Shown one piece after another: positions 60,133 through 64,000 of a DNA stretch of 64,000 bases (position 1 is its first letter; every line of letters starts with the position of its first letter). The DNA is from an uncultured cyanobacterium (GTDB lineage: Bacteria; Cyanobacteriota; Cyanobacteriia; Leptolyngbyales; Leptolyngbyaceae). The DNA is taken from positions 1-64,000 of the forward strand of contig CAVYAN010000063.1 in the NCBI GenBank assembly GCA_963766075.1, given 5' to 3'. The position numbers were made by a program, and so were the translations under genes. Below the pieces are notes generated by a model. That model was not told the DNA's origin and ran no database searches. It was given only the letters and a program-made list of their open reading frames with translations.

Positions 60133-62181
60133 CTAGCGCAAATCTTCGAGCAGCCGCACTTGGAGCATTTGCCCCGGAGCAATATTGGCGGTTTTAGGGG
60201 CCGTTAAGTAGGTGAGAGCCGCTCCCGCAACAGCTCCCCCCGCCGCTCCCGCCCCGGAACCCCCGCCCAACACACCACCCGCCACCGCGCCAATGCCGGA
60301 GTTGATCGCTAGGTTAGAACTTTTAATGGTGCGATCGCCCGCTAAGACCTCTGACTCGGCCCGCAGGGGCACATTTCGGCCTTGCATCGCAATCGCTTGG
60401 GTAATAAAGCGACTGCCCGCATTCTGGGTTTCAAAGCGGCCAATCACCAGACTGTCCACTGGCAAGAGCACACGCCCTAGACTATCCCGCACTTCGGTTT
60501 GCAGCAGCAGTACTTCTTGCTGGGCAGTTGTCGATCGCAGATTTAGGGTGTCGGTGCCGGGATAGCGAAGATTCAGCAGCGTACCAGAAGGCAGCACGAC
60601 ATCGCCCGGATTTTTACTGGCGCTCATCAGTACAGCGCTGGGTAGTACAGTGCTGGGTTGAGCGGTGCCCAGGGAGAGGGGGCTCAGGGGAGCGAGACTC
60701 GGGGGCAAGGGTTGGCCAAATTCAATGATGGGGATGGGCGGAACTGCCGGTTGATTCGGGACGGGCTGCACCGCAACCGGTTCAGGACGGGGAGGCAGGG
60801 GGGCGATCGCCGCTGGATTATAGACGGGCTGACTGCTAGAGACGCCCAGAGGCGCGAGCGGTGGTACCGTCACCAACGGCGCATCCACCGCCTGACTGCT
60901 CGCCATCTGACCCGCCATCTGACGATTCGCGAGCTGACCATTGGTTTGAGGCGGTTCTGCTGCCTGACTATTGCCCACAGGTCGTTCGAAGGACAGGCCG
61001 GGGGGGGTGGAGTCCAGGGCGAGAGTGGCCACTTGAATCACGGCAGACGGGGGCGGATTTGTTGCGCCTAGTGGATTCGTTGCGCCTAGTGGATTCGTTG
61101 CGGTTACGGGAGGCTGAGAGCGGGTGGGGGTGCTGGCCCCTGTAAAACGAGCCACCGCTGAAGGTTGTGGCGAACCATTTACAGACGAAACATTCACGGG
61201 CGGAACATTCGCAGGCAGAGCATTCACAGACGCAATACTTGCGGGCGGAACATTTACGGGCGGAATACTTACGGGCGGAATACTTACGGGCGGAACATTT
61301 AAAGACGGGACATTGACAAGCGGGCTAGGCTGGGAGGGACTAGGCTGGGAGGGCCCAGAGTCAGGGGATCCAGAGTCGGGCGCTGCCGGACTAATCGGGG
61401 TCGGTGCAGCGATAGATATGGCGGGCGGCGTAACGGCAGATCCCGCCGTCGGTCTGGTGGGAGACTGAAGGGCCACGGGAACTTTTGGCGCGGGCACATC
61501 GGGAAGCGCGATCGCAATAGCGGGGCTGGTTTGAGGCAGTTTAGATGGCAGCGGGGGCGGCGGCGGGGCGATCGCCTCGGAGATTAGCACGCTGCCGGGA
61601 GGCGTGACGGCGGGCGGCGCGGGGAGGGCTGAGACTTGCGGGATTGGGGCCGGGGGTACAGCGGAAGCATTGGGGGGGGAGACGGCTTCGCCAGGTTGCA
61701 CCTTTGGCAGCAAGCGACCGGCAATCAAGGGCTGCAAGGCCCAGCGAAACCGATTGGGTTCGACGTTGCCTTCTAAGAGCTTCAGCGCCACCTGTTCCGG
61801 GGCCAGAACAGCATCAGGGGCCAGTTCCAGCACTAGGCGCGTCAGTTCGGGTTCGGGTTGGGACACCTGCACGCGGCGCACGGCCCCGGGATAATCGCCT
61901 AGGATCCGGCCTGTGCCTAGGGTGGTGCCGGGGAGATCGAGGACGACGCGGGCGGGGCGGGCCATCAGGTAGTAGCGGGGTTTGGTGTCGCCTGTGAGGC
62001 TAATTTCCAGAAAGTTGGTGCTGGGTTCAAAGGTCCATTTGGTGAGGATGGGGTTGGCCTGGGCGGGGGCGATCGCCGCCCCGAGGATCACGAGGCCCAT
62101 GGTTCCCGCTTGCACGGCCCGCTGGACTAAAGCCGTCCCGATTACAGACCGAAATCCGATATCACTGTTGTGGCTATGCAT
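60133..62181 (-). CDS. AMIN-domain exported protein with long Pro-rich linker
   Basis: PARVVLDLPGT, VQVSQPEPELTRLVLEL; C-terminal glycine-zipper-containing domain. Confidence 0.85.
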   Translation of the reverse strand: MHSHNSDIGFRSVIGTALVQRAVQAGTMGLVILGAAIAPAQANPILTKWTFEPSTNFLEISLTGDTKPRYYLMARPARVVLDLPGTTLGTGRILGDYPGAVRRVQVSQPEPELTRLVLELAPDAVLAPEQVALKLLEGNVEPNRFRWALQPLIAGRLLPKVQPGEAVSPPNASAVPPAPIPQVSALPAPPAVTPPGSVLISEAIAPPPPPLPSKLPQTSPAIAIALPDVPAPKVPVALQSPTRPTAGSAVTPPAISIAAPTPISPAAPDSGSPDSGPSQPSPSQPSPLVNVPSLNVPPVSIPPVSIPPVNVPPASIASVNALPANVPPVNVSSVNGSPQPSAVARFTGASTPTRSQPPVTATNPLGATNPLGATNPPPSAVIQVATLALDSTPPGLSFERPVGNSQAAEPPQTNGQLANRQMAGQMASSQAVDAPLVTVPPLAPLGVSSSQPVYNPAAIAPLPPRPEPVAVQPVPNQPAVPPIPIIEFGQPLPPSLAPLSPLSLGTAQPSTVLPSAVLMSASKNPGDVVLPSGTLLNLRYPGTDTLNLRSTTAQQEVLLLQTEVRDSLGRVLLPVDSLVIGRFETQNAGSRFITQAIAMQGRNVPLRAESEVLAGDRTIKSSNLAINSGIGAVAGGVLGGGSGAGAAGGAVAGAALTYLTAPKTANIAPGQMLQVRLLEDLR

Positions 62182-62346
62182 TGCTTTAGGCCAAACCCAT
62201 GCGGTTGGAGCGAATTGAGGATTCTAGGATAGTCGCAACGGCCCATTTTGCACGAATAAATTGGAAGAAATTTAGGCTGGTTTTAGGCGGGAAGCACGGG
62301 GGCGGCTAGCAGCGTTGGGAGCATTGAAAGCGGGTCATTAAGCGGA

Positions 62347-62538
62347 TCATTAAACAATGTCGATCTGGTCGTGCTAAGCGCCTGTGAAACTAGATTAGGT
62401 GGCAAGTTTGGCAATGGTGAAAAAATTTTAGGGCTGGGCTATCAGTTTCAGAATCGGGGAGCCAAAGTCGCGATCGCCCGCGACCCCAGCCATCCCTACT
62501 ACTGAGCACCGTTTATTCTGATTAGCAATGGGTTGTGA
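62347..62538 (+). pseudogene. Remnant of a CHAT (caspase-like) domain gene
   Basis: One frame reads LNNVDLVVLSACETRLGGKFGNGEKILGLGYQFQNRGAKVAIA-RDPSHPYY*APFILISNGL*. Confidence 0.8.
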
Positions 62539-62597
62539 AAGGCGATCGCAAAAACTCGCTACGATCAGGTTAATCCGCCTTAGTTTTGTCCTATGTC

Positions 62598-63351
62598 GGC
62601 GTTGCATAATAGTGCTATGAATTGAGGCTAAATCTGATGCAATGTCCCGAATGTGGCTCCGGTCATATCCGTAAGAATGGTAAAATGAGAGGTAAACAAA
62701 ATCACATTTGCGTCGATTGTGGTCGGCAATTTATTGATGTCTATACGCCGCCCAAAGGATACTCAGATGAAGTCAAAGCGCAATGTTTGAAAATGTACGT
62801 CAATGGCATGGGATTTCGAGGCATTGAACGCGTCACAGGCGTGCATCACACCACCGTGATTAATTGGGTTAGGCAAGTCGGAGAACTCCTACCTGATGCT
62901 TACGACCCAGAGACCATTCCCCAAGTCGGAGAACTCGACGAACTGGAAACGTTTGTGCGCTCAAAAAAACAAAATCTGGCTCTGGACAGCCGTTGACCAC
63001 TTTAAGCAAGGGATTTTAGGCTGGGTATTAGGTGACCACAGTGCCGAAACCTTCAAGCCTCTATGAGCCATTGTGGCAACTTGGAAATGCTATTTCTACG
63101 TCACAGATGGCTGGTCAGTCTATCCAGGATTTATTCCAGACGGCGACCAGATTGTTAGCAAGACTTACATGACACGGGTAGAAGGTGAAAACACTCGGTT
63201 GCGACACTACTTGGCGCGACTGCATCGCAAGACACTTTGTTATTCCAAATCAGAGAAAATGCTGAGACACTCGATTCGCTTGCTACTGCACTACCTCAAA
63301 TTCTGGGATGTTCCGATTCCTCATTGATTCATAGCTTCATTCAGCAACGCC
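62598..63351 (+). mobile_element. IS1-family insertion sequence (inactivated)
   Basis: Terminal IRs ggcgttgcataatagtgctatgaat / reverse complement ggcgttgctgaatgaagctatgaat; insA/insB-like ORFs. Confidence 0.92.
62637..63327 (+). pseudogene. IS1 transposase (InsA zinc finger/HTH plus InsB DDE via -1 frameshift), with nonsense mutation
   Basis: CPECG...CVDCG; slippery A7C at 62963-62970; in-frame TGA at 63064-63066; TDGW, RVEGENTRLRHYLARLHRKT. Confidence 0.88.
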
Positions 63352-64000
63352 GGAAGTTCTTTAAGTGCTAATCTGGTGCTGCCAGAACAGTTTTCTAACT
63401 TGGCATTCCCTGGTCAAGGCCCCATAGTCGGGCTCAATTTGGTGAAAGCGAAGGCGACTTTTCCCCGTGCAGTCTTTATCGAGATCAATAAAGTCGAGGT
63501 GGGCGAACATGCTGCCTTCACCGCTGGCTTTGCCAACCCTGCCAAAGGACTGCTAAAACGGTATGTCCCGGCCTTTCGTGAGCAGCATGACCCCCTGGCG
63601 ATTGTAATGACCAATGTGTTCAGCCCCGGGATTAAACAGGTCATGGATTCGGCTCTCTTCTCAACCCTGGGGTCGGGCTTCTCAACACCGCGATCGGGTG
63701 CAGTCCTGCCCGTACCGCTGAGGACTAACCCGCCTGAAAAACCTCTGAGTGATGCCGAAAAGCTCCAGTCGTCATCGCTCTTTCGGTTGAGCTATGAGCA
63801 GCAGTGGGAGCATGACAGTCGTTTGCTGCCGGATGACCAATTACAGCGGCACATGCATGAGTTAAGCCAATGCGTTCAGTTACTAACGCAGGCGGGGGTG
63901 CGGGTGGTTTTTTATGAGATGCCCACCAGTCCGTTGCTGGAGTCTACGCCGCGCAAAAACCAGGTGCGGCAGGCTTTTGCGAGATACTTCCCTCCGGAAA
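63352..64000 (+). pseudogene. 5'-truncated SGNH/DltD-like hydrolase-fold ORF starting at the IS1 right end
   Basis: Stop-free frame from 63352 to the window end: GSSLSANL...NLAFPG...VFIEIN...GVRVVFYEMP; no start codon at its 5' end. Confidence 0.55.

Noticed and set aside
63414..63644. 76-aa minus-strand ORF after the IS1
   Set aside because: Antisense to a longer stop-free plus-strand frame with SGNH-like motifs.

Overview
Chromosomal segment of a filamentous-type cyanobacterium, judged from abundant HIP1 octamers (GCGATCGC), psbP, a cytochrome c6-like gene, glnB, and Uma2/Rpn/pentapeptide/Nif11 genes. It is mostly housekeeping (larB/cpmA, maf, psbP, ggt, lspA, bioY, queF, glnB, tsaC, leuS, ispD, hemE, ssb-like, mannose-1-P guanylyltransferase/PMM, lepB) mixed with signalling and hypothetical genes. 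I saw no rRNA, tRNA or true CRISPR-Cas. Mobile DNA: a decayed IS1-family element at about 62.6-63.35 kb between two gene remnants, and a 141-bp MITE inserted at a stop codon. Four genes carry six frameshifts, probably assembly indels. Best candidate for an undescribed system: a 69-codon, highly basic ORF upstream of leuS (27848-28057, minus). It has a KGKGGS motif, and its own intrinsic terminator lies inside the reading frame before the stop codon. This is the nonstop-mRNA architecture of ArfA/BrfA-type backup ribosome-rescue factors. Other leads: a PilP-like lipoprotein, an Rpn gene with a probable nested small protein, three catalytically degenerate kinases, an internally deleted substrate-binding-protein paralog, a deletion at a HIP1 site in a CHAT remnant, an orphan Nif11 peptide next to a SLATT-like gene, and pervasive locus-specific 14-19 nt tandem duplications. 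All family assignments come from motif recognition by eye; no database searches were run.
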